From assembly GCA_019828565.1 (NCBI GenBank), contig JAHDYR010000032.1:94681-158680 (forward strand): a DNA stretch of 64,000 nt, read 5' to 3'. Origin of the DNA: Carpediemonas membranifera BICM (lineage: Eukaryota > Protista > Fornicata). Positions 9,496-22,792 of the stretch are shown here, piece by piece. A program made the translations under genes and the position numbers. The number at the start of each line of letters is the position of its first letter. Positions within the stretch are counted from its first letter, which is position 1. The notes beneath the pieces are model-generated. The model worked only from the letters and a program-made list of their open reading frames with translations. It did no database searches and was not told the origin of the DNA.

Positions 9496-12400
9496 ATGAT
9501 GGCCAGCGATCGGGGACGCCCGGTGCCGGCAATGGACAACACTAACAACTCGAACAACCCTGCGGAGCGTTTCTGGTGGGAGGACATCATCCTCACCGAT
9601 ACTATAGCACACTCCGCGGGCCGAAACATCAGCGGCGACATGACTGGGGCTGAACAGCCCACGCCGCGGGACTCGGGGGTCGCGAACCCGGGCCCCCTGG
9701 AAGATCTCATCAGCGGGACCGCTGGGCCCCTTGAAGACCTCATCACGCCGAGGGACCAGCCCCCGCACCGACCCTTACCTTACCTTACTAACACTCCAGT
9801 TACCCCAAACACCACGCCTCCAGGTCCCCCTCAGGGGATGCCTCACGGGATGCCACCCGCACCCTGGGGAGCCAACTGGGTTCCACCCTGGGGGATGCCG
9901 TGGGCTGGATATGCCTACCCGCCGCCCATGTGGCAGGTGCCGGGCGCACCGGGAGCCACGAGCGCACCGCAACAGGACACAGCACCCGCGCTCCCGATAT
10001 CGGCGCCGTGGAACCGTCCGACCGTCTCGAGCACGCTTCCGAAGTATCCCGAGCTGCTCGTGTCGCTGGAGGACCGCTCCAGGATCGAGACGTTCCTCGA
10101 CGAGCACGAAACATACGCGAACGCATGCAGAGCAATCGGACAGAGCGCACCTCACATCTCGCATTTCGTCCAGGGCACTCTATACACGTTCCTGGTCCAA
10201 AGAAGCCCCGACGTGCTCGCTACGATCAAGTCTTTGATCGCTCCGAAGACGTTCGACTCGTCTTGGAGTCGCCTGAAGGCAATCCAGTTCAACCACAACG
10301 CAAACACCGAGACCCTCAGTCTCCGTGTGGCCTCGTACACCGCCAAGGTCGCCCAAGTCCTGGACATCACGCCGATGGATGCCAGACCGACTGAGAAGGC
10401 GGTCCGTCAACTCGTCATGCGCAAGCTGCCGAGCAAGGTCAAGGAACGCATCCAAGACAAGTTCGGGCCCGGATCCCTCGCGGAGCTGCTCAAGATCGCC
10501 CCGGACGCGGCAGACGAGATTGCACGGGCGACGCTCGTTGCGGCCCACAGAGAAGGTCGCGCTGAACGTGAAGATCTACAACGCGGCAACCGGCGCAACG
10601 GCCGGGACCACGGCCAGAACAGCGGCCAGAGCAGTGGACGCACGCAGCCGAAGTGCTTCGCGTGCGGCCAACCGGGTCACAAAGCGACGAAGTGCAAGTC
10701 CACCAAGCTTCTCGATGGCTGGGAGAGGAAGAAGGAAGGGGAACCGCCGACACGTATCACTCGCCAGGCGAAAGCGGCAACAGAAACGAGCAACAGCTGG
10801 CACACTCAGTTAACGCTGCTCCGGAAGGACCGCACGCCGTTGATGAGCTTCGATGCATTCTGCGACAGCGGGTGCACCTCAACACTGATCCTGCCGAGCG
10901 AATGGCAGCCCATCTTCAGAGAAGCCGGCTTCAAGACTGCCAGAAGCGCACTGAAATTTGAAGGGTTCAACCACCAGCCCCTAGAAACCGAGGCCTCCAG
11001 CGAACCCATATTCATGGAGACCCCCGCGGGCCCGACACGCACGGCCGCGCGGGCGAGGACGCACCTCCCGGTGCATTTCGCAAGCTGGGTCGACGAGCCC
11101 ACCCTCGGGCTTGACGCGCTTGCGGCGCTCGGGATGATAGACCATAGCACGGGGAACGCCGCGGCGTCCACAGACATAGGAGACCCATCGGCCGAGCCCC
11201 GGCGGCGACGTCAAGAACTCCCGCCGAAGTATCAAAAACTCGTCGAGAACTGGAGACTATTTAGTGACCAGACGGCGGACGGCGACAAGACGCTCCCCGC
11301 ATACCCAATCGAGCTCATCGACGGAGACACCACGCTACGAGAGAACGCGAGGCAGCTAAGCCCGCCGATGAGGGAGGTCGCCGCCGAGGAGATCAGACGG
11401 ATGCTCCACGAGAAGGTGATCCGCCGCGCAAGAGGGAATGACACCTACGCATCGCCGATCGTCATCGTTAGACAGAAGGGCAAGTATCGCTTCTGCATCG
11501 ATTACAGGAAGCTGAACGCCGCCACACGATCGATGAGCTTGCCGACAGAGAACATAGAGGCGATGCTGGCAGCAACCCACGGGTTCTCGCACTTCGCGAC
11601 GCTTGACCTGCGTCGTGGATACAACCAAGTCCCAATTCGGGAGGAGGACATCAGCAAGACGGCCTTCACCACACCGATGGGGCTGTTCGAGGCCACGCGG
11701 CTGCCTTTTGGGCTGAAAAACGCCCCAGCGTTCTTTCAAGACGCGATGAACACGATCTTTCGCGAACTGATCGACACGGGAAAACTGCACATATACATAG
11801 ACGACTTCCTCGTCAAGGCCCACAGCGATAAGGAACGCCTAGAGACACTCAAGCGCCTACTCCAGATCGCCGCCGAATACGACCTCCGATTCAACTTAGA
11901 CAAGTGCGACCTCGCGAGCGAGGAGGTGAACTGCGTCGGATACTTGATATCCAAGGACGGGATCAGGATGGATCCAGCGAGGATCGCGGCAGTCCGCGAC
12001 ATGGCCAAACCGACTGACCTCGCGAGCCTGCGCCGTTTCCTCGGCGTGGCCATATTCTTCACGAGGTTCGTGCCCGACCTGGCCTCCATACTCGCGCCAC
12101 TCACAGCACTTACGAGCAAGTCGAAGATGGTCAAGCGAGACTGGGACGACACTCACGACACCGCGTTCACACGGGCGAAGGAGGCGATCTCAGGCACACG
12201 CATTCTGGCCGCCCCAGATTACACACAACCCCTCGTCGTCCGGACGGATGCCAGCAACATAGGCGTCGGCGGAGTCCTGCTACAGATCATCGACGGCGAG
12301 GAGCGACCCATCACATTTATGTCGAAGAAACTCACGGCAGCCGAGCAAAACTGGACCGTGGGGGAACGTGAAGCATTCGCGATAGTCCACGCCGTCCGCC

Positions 12401-14132
12401 TGTGGAAGCCATATCTAGCAGGGACGCAGTTCGTCATCCAGACGGACCACGCAAACCTGCGCTTCACTGAGAGATCAGCCTCTGAAAAGATCACCGGAGG
12501 ATGGAACTCCAGCAACACGATTTCATCATAGAATACATCCCAGGCAAGCTTAACGACGTAGCAGACTGCCTCTCGAGGGCATTCCGCCTCCAACGGGTAA
12601 GGAAGCCACCACAGCGTCTAATGGACGACGAATTCGTCTCCTTCGGGGAATCCGCGGACGCAGACGAGGAACAGGAGACAGAAGAGACGCCTACGAGGGC
12701 ACAGACGCGGAAGACGGCGACGAACAAGCGCTGGACGACGAGGCGTCGAACATCATCCAGGACGCGGCCCGTCCAACCGCAGCGACGCTCGAGGAGACCC
12801 TGGCCCAGGCGCACGGCATCGAGACGGGGCACCAAGGAGTCAACGCGACCATACGCCTCATGAAAGACGCCGGCCACTCATGGCCGGGGATGCGAGCCGC
12901 AGTCGTCGACTTCATCCTCCGGTGCCCAGTATGCCAAAAGAACATGGCCCGAGGAAACATCAAGGTCCGGCAGGGTAAGATCCCCCGCGACACACCATTC
13001 GCACGGGTTGCGATCGATACTGTCAAGGTCACGCCGACATCCCGCTCCGGCCACAAGTACATCATGGTGATGGTGGATCACGCCACACGCTACACCGAGA
13101 TATACTCGACAACCAACAAGACAGCCGAGGACGCCGCGGCAGCCTTGCTCCACTGGATCGGACACCACGGACCCATGGAGACCCTCCACAGCGACCAGGG
13201 CACAGAGTTCAAAAACAGAGTGGTCGCAGCCCTACTGAAGCCGCTCGACGCGTCACATCACACAACCTTCAGCTATCATCCACAGGCAAATGGGATTAAC
13301 GAACGAACGAACCAGACCGTGGTGAAGCTTCTCAGAAGAGTTTGCAGCGACTGGGGCACATGGGAGGATTGGCCGATAGCACTGCCCATCATACAACGCC
13401 AAGTCAACACAAGCTACCACAGGTCCATAGGAACGACCCCGGACCAGGCGGCGCACGGCATAACGTGGAGACCGACGAACGCACTCCAGCTCATCGGTAT
13501 ACCGACGACGCTCGAGACGGAAGACCTCGACTCACTCAACGAAGAGATCCGACAGCTGATGCTGAAGAAGACCGCGATGATCGCCGAGAGAGAGGAAGGA
13601 AGAGGACGAGACCGAGGACGCTGAAACGATCGAGACAGGCGACTATGTGCTCCTGCTTCCGCCCCACGGCGACGGAAAGATTCGGAACATCTGGAAGGGA
13701 CCTTTCCAAGTCAAGGAGCCACACGGGCCCTTCGGATTCACCATATCCGACTTGACAGACCCGCAGAGAGAGCTGACCGTCCACCGCGAGCGAATCCGCA
13801 AGTTCCACGCTGGACCGCTTTCAGTCGAAGACCTGGTGCAGCTCGCAGCCACCGACGGCAACGAACGGCTGATTGACTCCATCCAAGACCACCGCACGAC
13901 TCCCGAGGGACGTCGCGAGTTCCAGGTACGCTGGTTCGGACTCGCCGACGGTGAGGAGACCTGGGAGGACTTCGACACCCTCCGGGACACCCAGCCACTC
14001 GCGGACTACCTTGAGGCTCATCCTGAGTCGGTCGTGGGGAGGGCATCTGTCGCAGGCGCAGCCGGCGCAGCCCGACTCATGACGACCTTAGACTGCGCGA
14101 GTCGTGGAGTCACACAGGGTGACTCCACGTGA
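9496..14132 (+). CDS. gag-pol: E3 Gag-Pol (Gag CCHC, PR, RT, RNase H, IN, chromodomain), frameshifts near 12500, 12700-12860 and 13620
   Basis: CFACGQPGHKATKC, FCDSGC, LDLRRGYNQ, YIDD, TDASN, CPVCQ, SDQGTEF, WKGPF, FQVRWFG...TWE. Confidence 0.92.
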
Positions 14133-14185
14133 GTCACTTCATCAGGGAATAAACCTTTATGCACTCAGAGCTCACACCACAAAGG

Positions 14186-15750
14186 TTACGCCATCATCTC
14201 GGCAATAGCCAAGGCCCAACACTTCCTACGCGGTCGGAAATTTACACTCCACACCGATCATCGGAATCTGGTGTTCATCTCGACTGCCACCAGCCCCAAA
14301 GTCCAACGTTGGAGACTTCAGCTACAGACCTACGACTTCGACGTCGTACACGTCGCCGGCACAGACAATGGAGCAGCAGATGCCCTCAGCCGTCTACTTG
14401 CTGTTGATCTGCTTCCCCAAGAGCGAGATGAGCTCATCATGCAGACACACGGCGCCATGGAGGGCCACCTAAGCTACAAGACAGTCGTGGAACGCCTACG
14501 CGAGGCGGGACATCACTGGCGCGGCATGGTAGCTGACACCCGTCGTTTCATCGCCTCCTGTCCCACTTGCCAGATCACAAACCCCGCCTGCCCACCACAG
14601 ACGAGCCAAGGTCGAACCGCGGCCCACGCCCCGTTCGAGAGGATACAAATGGACACCCTAGGCCCACTACCTCGCGCCACGACCGGTGAGGCATACATCC
14701 TCGTCCTCATAGATACCTTTTCCAAGTACACCAAACTGTACCCAACCACAACATGCTCGGCCCGAGAGGCCGCTGATGCAATAATTGACTGGTCAGCCCA
14801 CTTTGGTCGACCCAAGGAGATCCAGTCAGATAACGCCTCCCAGTTTACTGCTCGCACGATCCACGCGCTTCACGATCGCCTCCACATCGATCATCGTTTT
14901 TCCGCACCATATCATCCAGCCGCCAACGGCATAGTTGAACGACAGAACGCCGAAATTATCAAATACATGCGCGCGTTACTCTTTGACGCACGTGAGGAAC
15001 AGACAAACTGGCCCAAGCTGATCCCCGCTGTCACTCATATCCTGAATAGCACGCCCAACACCCGCAGCAAGCTCTCCCCGTTGAAACTCTTATTCAACGC
15101 CAACTTCAGCCCGGTAGATCCGTCCACGCTCATCGAGGACGAACAACTCGCGCAGGAGGTGGTGCAGTTCAACGAAGACATACGCAAATGGCACGCCATA
15201 CAGGAGGAAATGTTGGCCGCCCAGCAACGCCAACGCCCAGCGACCGGTCACAAGTACCAACCAGACGATTATGTCCTCCTTCATCCGACCAACAGGCCTT
15301 CTAAGCTGGACCGCAGAGTACGCGGCCCCCTGTTGGTCGTGGGGGCAGGCAATGTCCGCGACACGGTCGAACTCCAAGACCTGGTGTCACTGGCCACATT
15401 TACGGTGCATGCGGACCGCCTCACGCCGTTCCAGACGAACCTCCCAAGAGACGCGCTCACAGACTACGCCACGAGACAGACTGGCGAGTTCATCGTGGAC
15501 AGGATCCGAGACATGAACGAGACCAAGGGCGAGCTCTATCTCACCATCGAGTGGAGCGGCTACGAGCCCGAGGAAGCTACCGTCGAGCGATACAACCTCG
15601 ATCTCGACCAGCTCGCCGCCCTCGATAAGTATCTCGAGGAACACCCAGAGGCAGTGGAGGTGGTGAGCAGGCACCGCAGACGGCTCCGGGGTCAACGCCA
15701 ACATCGACGCCGCACCAAGTCGGCGGAATCGTCTCAAGTCGAGGGGATCG
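14186..15750 (+). CDS. pol: E1 Pol 3' part: end of RNase H, integrase, chromodomain
   Basis: ADALSR, H..H..CPTC, MDTLGP, SDNASQF, NGIVER, VRGPLLV, FIVDRI...IEWSGYEPEE. Confidence 0.9.
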
Positions 15751-17887
15751 GTTTAGTGGTGTGGTGGGCGCCGAGCCGTCCGGCAGCCCTGAGGCTGGCC
15801 TGGGCGACTCTGGCTCTCCCGGGGATGTTCCACCACTACCACTTCGACCGATATACCTGCGGGCGGCTTCCATGGTCGACTGACCCAGACGCCGCATCAC
15901 CGGGCTCAGCCTGCCCGTGAGCTGGTGCTCTGCGTCGGCGACCGAGCGCCTGAAGGCGTGCGATGTGACGCCCGGCTGCACCTCCTTCGTTGCGTCCGAG
16001 ACGAGCTTCGCCCATGATCGGCGCTGCATGATCCTGCCGTCGACCTTGGGGAAGAGGATGAGGCGCTTGTCCGCTGTGCGGCCCGTACCCTTCTTGTCCC
16101 ACTCCGCCTGCTTGACCTTGCGAGCCTGGCAGTATCTGACCAGTTCCTTGCCCTGATCCGACTCGAGTTGTGACTCGGTGAACTGGAAAGGCTCGTATTC
16201 GACGCCGTTGCTGCCGACTTGCTTCGGTTGCGACAAATGAATGGAGATGGACGATAGATCGTCCAAATCTTCCTCTCGGACGACGATATTGGCCTCGTTC
16301 GCACGGGAGCCCACGAAACTGAGCAACAAAGCGACCGCCACGTTGCGGAAAGGCGCCGACCAGCTCTCATGCTCACGTGCCTTCATCACGAGACCGACAA
16401 TGAGTTCATCGGTGACTGGCTGGAGCGATTTCGTCTTCGCGTCCGTTCTCGCAGCCCGCTTCCGTTCCGAAATCTTGTGGCCCAGCGCACGCCAGATCGG
16501 GTCCTCATCCGACACGACGACTCCACGAGACCGTGCGAACTCCCGCACGTTCGCACGATACTGGGCTACCGTCTCACCTCGAAGCCCCTTCGTCTCGGCG
16601 GAGTCGACAACAAACTCAACGAGCTGGGCAACCGTCGGTACCCAGGCATCCGCGCCATCCTGCGTCCAGCCACGCTCGGCAGCGAAGCGGATTATGGCCT
16701 TCTCAGCACTGACGCGCTTCCGAGCCGTTGCGTCCGTCAGCCCGGTCGCGAGGAAACTGGCAGACCGCGCAGACAGATCCGGTCCTGCGACTCGCTGCAG
16801 CCGCAGAGCCAGCTGCTCCTGGCTCTTCGACCGGGGCCGACCTGATGCACCCTCGCCCGCCTCCTCCTGTGACTCAGAGAGGACCAAGGTGTGGGATTCC
16901 GCGCCGAGGGTGAGGTGGACGCGTATGCCGCTGTCCCGCATGAGGTTCCACCACGGAGGGAGATGCGCCGAGGCTGGGATCGTCACCTTCAACGTGGCCG
17001 GGCGAACACCTGTGGGTCGGTCGAACCACGCCCTGACGGCCTCATCCGCGGTTCCACCTGCGAACAGCACCCAGGACGCACCGGTCCATCGGGGCATGAC
17101 CGGCGACACGGCCCCGTACTGTTCACGAACACCGCTGATCGCTGTGTTGGCCAGCTTGTCCTCTCCGGCCAAGTCTGCCTGTCCGGTGACCTCGTCCAGC
17201 TGGGCCACCGACCCCTCTGTCACAGGCTGCCCCGACTCGTGGGCGGTGATGATGATGTCGCGCACGAGTGACGACCGCCCCTGGAAGTACGACGCGCCGC
17301 TCTCGTTCCTGGGCCGGCCCACCCACTCTGCGGGCGGGACCATCAGTGGGACAAGGTGCGGCTGCTGGGTTGAGAAGAACCTGGTGGTGAGGTCCCTCAC
17401 GTCGCACTGTGCGGGGCGCCATGCCTTCAACGCGCTCGCCCGCTCCGACTCACACTCCGCGTACTGGAGCCGGGAGACGGCGTCTGCGATGTTCTCCGTT
17501 GTCGGGACGTAGAATACTAGAAGGTCAAGGTCCAGACGCTGGACGGTCGACCACACCTCCTCGCAGCGCTTCAGGATGGGGGACGACTTGGTGAACCCCT
17601 TCCTCAGCGCATGATACGCGTTGGTGTTGTCGATGTACAGCGCTACGCTGGTGCCCGGGCGGACGTCGAGACGGTCGAGCGCCATGGAGACTGCCTGCAC
17701 CTCCTTCGCCGCGATGATCTCGTCGGGGTCGGCCCCCTCCTGGGCCATCATACCAGTCCCAAGATCGATCGCTCCGAGTTGGCCATCCGAAGCATCTGTG
17801 GCCAGGACAAGGCCGAGCGGCCTGACGGCTAGGCGCCGCCAGGCGTTTGCCTTCGCCGCGTCTACGATCATAGCCGCCGCTGCCTTG
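15750..17887 (-). CDS. YR element polyprotein, 3' part: RNase H plus tyrosine recombinase
   Basis: LATDASD, AKEVQAV, YIDNTNA, NIADAVSR; then FVGSRANE, SHAFRRS, ARRY (R, HxxR, Y catalytic pattern). Confidence 0.88.
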
Positions 17888-20800
17888 TGTGGTCAGTCCT
17901 GGACACAAGGGAACCAATAAAGACTTTAGAGAGAATACTGCCATATCCTGCACCAAATGTGCAGGATAATACCTGTTGTGACCTGAGTCACACCACACTG
18001 CCCCTCCAAGGGTCATCTTGATAGAGATGAGCCTTGACAAAAGTATGTAAGGTGAGCTGTTGCGTCTGGTGACGCGACATGTGACGGAACCTTCGTTGCT
18101 CGATGTCATAATGTTTTGAGATATCAAAAAGATATTCCGACACCACATGTGGACCGCACGGCCGACCGTTCGGCTCTAAGCTGTCCGATGTACTTGCTGC
18201 GATGAAGGAACTGATGTGGTGGCTGGGTTGTAGATGTTACTGCCCCTCCACGGTCGTCTAAGTGACGGCCGTAACACATGTAGGCAATGATTGGGAAGTT
18301 GCTGCGGCGGCGAAGAAACTGATCGAATCAGAAAGAGAAACCACCTGGTGAAGACTAAAAAAAACCCCGAAACCGGAAGAAAAAAGGTCATTGCTGAGTA
18401 AAATCTGAGCTGTCTGAAGCGCTCAAAGGGGTTTGGGAAGAGAACCACCCGGCGCTCACGTAAAGGTGAAGCCGGAGAAAGCCACACTAGTTCGATTTGT
18501 GGCGACAGATGACTGCGCTGTGCATGCGCAACATTTCGTGTCGGGCTCAAGGTCCAGACGAAGCGGCCAAACCTGTCGAAAGACTGGTCAGGCGCGTTTG
18601 TTCTGACGGCTCTATAATAGCCACGTATGGCATGACGCTGTACGTCTTTGAAAAGGGACTGTCTCTTGGGACGTATCCAACCACACTTAAGCAAAAGCTT
18701 AAGGTAGCAGGCTACTCTATTACTGACACTCATCTATAGGACAACTCGGTCCTCGATGCAGGGTCTCATCGGTCAAGCCTCTAACCGTAAGCTTGGCCAC
18801 CCCATCGCCTCCAACTGTGGTCTTGGGGCCGGTCTAACCCGTCCACCATTTGGACATATACCATTCAAACGACGGTACTGCTCCGAACACAACCGTTCTC
18901 CGGGATGACGTGTCGGACTGCGGGTTTCAACCCTGGCCCACTGACTCGTTGCGGCTCATGTTCCATCATAGTCTATCATAGACTGCCTGCCGTGTATTCA
19001 GGCTTATGAATGAGTCGGGCTTACCTATCGAACGATGGCCTAGGCTCACAACCATTCAAGACAACAGCACAGCGATGAGCACCCGACTGGGCTCAGCTCT
19101 AACTCGCTGGTGTGTAATCATGACTAATCGCTGTCAGCGAGCGCCGTTAATCGGCCTGGCTCAGACCTGATAGCTTAATAGAAGAGTGTTGAACGACACT
19201 CGTGTGCTAGGAGCATACATGCTCGCTCAGAACATGCTCCGTAACAACCGTACTTGCCACATGGCCTTTCCGGACGCTCAGGTGTGCAGAGCCCGTCGGC
19301 AAAGCATCCATTACCCGAACCTTAGATGGCGGTCCCAAGGTGTCACACACAGCCGTGTTGTCGTCGGGCGTGCACTCCCTCAGACTCACCGCACCGTGGA
19401 TCAACGCTCAGCTGACCACTACCACCCGTCCACAGACCTACTGGTCTGGATCGCGATATATATCAAGTTGTTGGGATCCCTATGTAAGTAAGCGACACCC
19501 CTATACTGGCTAACTGCCAAGCCGGTGCAAAATAGAGATGTCGAACGACAGCTCAAAGGCTTGTAGACACTCATGTGCTATACAAAACCTACCTGGCCTC
19601 TGCGCCTACTCAGAGCATGCAAGATGCTCCGTTGTTCGACACAGCTCACTGGCCGTCTCCACCGAGGATTAACCTCCTGGTGAGACCGATTGGATGAACT
19701 ACGAACGTAGTTTCGACGAGTTATAAATGTACATGTAACGTTAAAGCGCACCGGTGCTGACTGAACATGGGTAACCTACCTTCCGGTACAGGTTGGGTGT
19801 TAGGCTGAGTACGCTTGACTCAGGATACTATGAAGTGCTTCTTGCACTAGTAGATGACTGTCGGCACAGCTTATGTCACAAGCCTGGCTGACATTGCGAA
19901 GGCTTGACTGCTGTGACGGCTATTCGGCACTAGAACTGTCCGCTTCGAGATGAGCGACGACTCATTGGCCACTCGATCGTGTGTCGCATCACTACATGAT
20001 GCTGTCAATTGACGGTAGCTGGACATTGCTCAGGCGGCTGGGGATGTCTCTCGTACTTGCGGGTGGACTCACTCGCTCGGCCGAGGCGGATGGTTAAACA
20101 TCGGGTGTGTACTGCTTGGGCTAACCCTTGCTCGCGGGCACGGCTCCTACGTAGCATAAGTATACGCGGTTGATTAGGTCATCCGCTGATGACTGTCGAC
20201 CTAGGCTGGCTGTCTAGTGTCCGGGACATGGGTAGCAGAGTGCTCGGGAGACAGACCTGTCTCAGGGGCATACGGAAACTCTGCAACGTTTGCTTAGTGT
20301 AAACGACGATACAATCCACGATAAGTGGAGACTCTAGGAAGTGGGTGAACCACGGGTTGAGATGCATCGACACTACCCTCCATCTGGCTGAGTCTCTAGT
20401 TGCTGGCTGACCTGACGGGTCGCAAGTATTGTGCTAAACGCGCTTGGTTCGTCTCTCGCTGGCGCGAATGAGAGTCATTACGACCTCTCTCGAGTGTCCT
20501 GTGACACCGAGTAACATGCAAGGTTGATTGAAGAGGCTGTAGGGCACTGTCACCCCGACTGGGTGGTGCCTGAAGATCCCACAGATGTGAAAGGAAGGTT
20601 AAGTTCGTGAGGCAAGGCGCTGCCAAGCTCTTAGTTCCACTGCTAGTCAGCAGGCGTCGAAGGTGTATCCGCCCTCCTGTGGCGGAGACTTATGGGTAAC
20701 CGGTGCGAACACGCACGGTGGGTGGACTTTTAGTCCTGGTGTTGGCCTCGTATGTCAGTACGAGAGGGCTTATCTGGCTTAGTGTTGATACTGCGGACGT

Positions 20801-22788
20801 CTTCGAGGGTGACTGCTGGGTCTACCGCTCGTCAAGAAGGTTATCAGCCTCCTCCATAGCTCTGTCTCCTAGTAGAGATATCATGTGGCGACGTGACGAC
20901 ATGAGTTAGATACGATATGAGTACTCTGCAGCATGACATGACGGATGATCTCCGGGTCTGCCCGAAGGTACCATTGATGACTAAGTGTTAGGGTGCCAGA
21001 GGCTGCTCGCCTCTATTGGCCTGAAGGTGTTGTACTGAGAGGATGGGCGCATCGCTGGAGGACGGGCCGACATGTGTTCGAGCTGCAACATGCTCGCGAT
21101 ACCCGTGAGTTGCTCGTCACGGGATGAGGTGATAAAATACGACCATACTAGACTGGTCGTGGTTTCGGTACAAGTCTCACAGAGGAAGGGACCCGTGAAA
21201 CTACTATCTAAACTCGTTGAAGAGCTGCTATGCGCGGTAACGCTGCCCCTCCGCGGCTCTGAAGTACTTTGTGTTGTCGCCGCGTTGTTGTCTGATGACT
21301 GTTGGTCTCGTGTCTACTAAATTGACTTCAAGCAAGGATGCCGGTCATGATAAGTGGAAGCTAAGTAATTACCTTACCTGAGTTTGGCGGGTAGCACAGC
21401 TAGCCTTGACAAAAGTGCGAGCCATTGTTGCTCAAATGGAGATGCTCGCGCCATGGGGTGAACGATGGCAAGCGCGATACAGTTGACAGCAGATGGGGTG
21501 TCTGCCCAGGCTGTCGCGTACTGAGGATGTGGATGAGCAGCGGTCGAGCTTATCGTTGCTCTATGACGCTGGTTGCCCCTGACAGGGAATTGCGGAGACG
21601 GTGGCGTGCTAGCTCTATTGGTTCATGCCGTGTTGCTGTACGTGGAAGGGACCTGCAAGCTGGCGAGTTCGCACATGTTCGGGGATAACTGGAGAGCAAA
21701 CCTTGAAGCTGCTCAATACGGGTGCTGTTTCAGCACTGTGTGGATAGAAGGATATAACTGGCCGTCTAGGACCCACTGCTAGCAGTTACGTGCTCCACAT
21801 GCTCTGCTGAGCATTTGTTAGGAAGGTATACATGGCCTCATGTAGACATATAAATAGTGTGGATCGCTCCCACGACTGTAGGAACCGAGCTTGGTGTCCC
21901 CAGATGGGTCGTTACCTCTTTCGGTTTTTCATCGTCGATGATGGTAGTTGCCTGTCTGGCTTGGGCCATTGGCCCTGTGCCACTCTTGCTCATGGTCTGC
22001 TGGATGACCCGAATGATGTATGACTTGCTCTGGGCGCATGTGGCCAAGCTGCTACTCTCTAGGTAGCTCTGGATGATGGTTGGGGACGATGATTCTGGAG
22101 GTCTACGTTGGTCAAAGTCGTGCGTGGGTCTGTCAGTGAGTCTACTGGGGTCACTGCCCCTTCTTGGCTTCTTCTCGCACTGTCTCGGGGTGTTCGATTT
22201 GGCTGGAAGTGGAAGTGGCTGGCTCCTCGGCGTGGTTTCGGTTTGTTTTGCCTTTTGGCGGCTTTGGTGGTGCTTATTCCTGGTGCTATCTGCACTGTAT
22301 CGGCTTGTGCTTGGCCTGGCCACTGGTCTCGTTGCTGGTCTCGGTCGATTGCCCTGAAGGAGCTTGATTGGCGCTCCAGAGCTGGTATTGCGGTGCTGTA
22401 TCGTTTGTTGGAGCTTATTGAAGCTTGGTTACTGGTATTGGCCTGTTGTTTGCTTGTATGCTATAGTGCATTGGTGGAAGTTGATGGTCTTGTTGAACTA
22501 AACGCTCTAGACTTGTTGTTGCTTGCGAATTTCAGTTGAACTGTCGACACCGCGGAGACATTTGCATTGCGCTAACGGAAGAAATTGGTTCTGGTGAAAA
22601 TGTCAATTGATGTTGCTTATATTGATTCTCCTGCGCCAGGACCGTTGAGCTCATCTCCTCCGGAAGAAATGATATCATTGTGGTCAGTCCTGGACACAAG
22701 GGAACCAATAAAGACTTTAGAGAGAATACTGCCATATCCTGCACCAAATGTGCAGGATAATACCTGTTGTGACCTGAGTCACACCACA
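17888..22788 (-). mobile_element. E4: LTR retrotransposon with intact LTRs but an indel-riddled gag-pol interior
   Basis: Identical 110-bp LTRs at 17888-17997 and 22679-22788, TSD CTTG (17884-17887, 22789-22792), PPT GGAGGGGCAG. Only scraps of pol-like coding inside. Confidence 0.88.
22668..22679. other. Perfect palindrome at E4 primer-binding position: AATGATATCATT
   Basis: Read directly; overlaps the last LTR base. Confidence 0.92.
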
Positions 22789-22792
22789 CTTG

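Larger units (their letters stand above)
9325..14181 (+). mobile_element. E3: complete Ty3/Gypsy chromovirus-like LTR retrotransposon
   Basis: Identical 134-bp LTRs at 9325-9458 and 14048-14181, TSD AAGG (9321-9324, 14182-14185), PPT GGGGAGGG before the 3' LTR. Confidence 0.95.
486..15750 (+). mobile_element. E1: Ty3/Gypsy chromovirus-like LTR retrotransposon, interrupted by E2 and E3; 3' LTR not found (right boundary approximate)
   Basis: Removing E2 (TSD CAAG) and E3 (TSD AAGG) restores continuous coding: ..IPGVQ/GVRALFDTGA and ..STYDQE/GYAIISAI..HTDHRNL. Confidence 0.88.
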
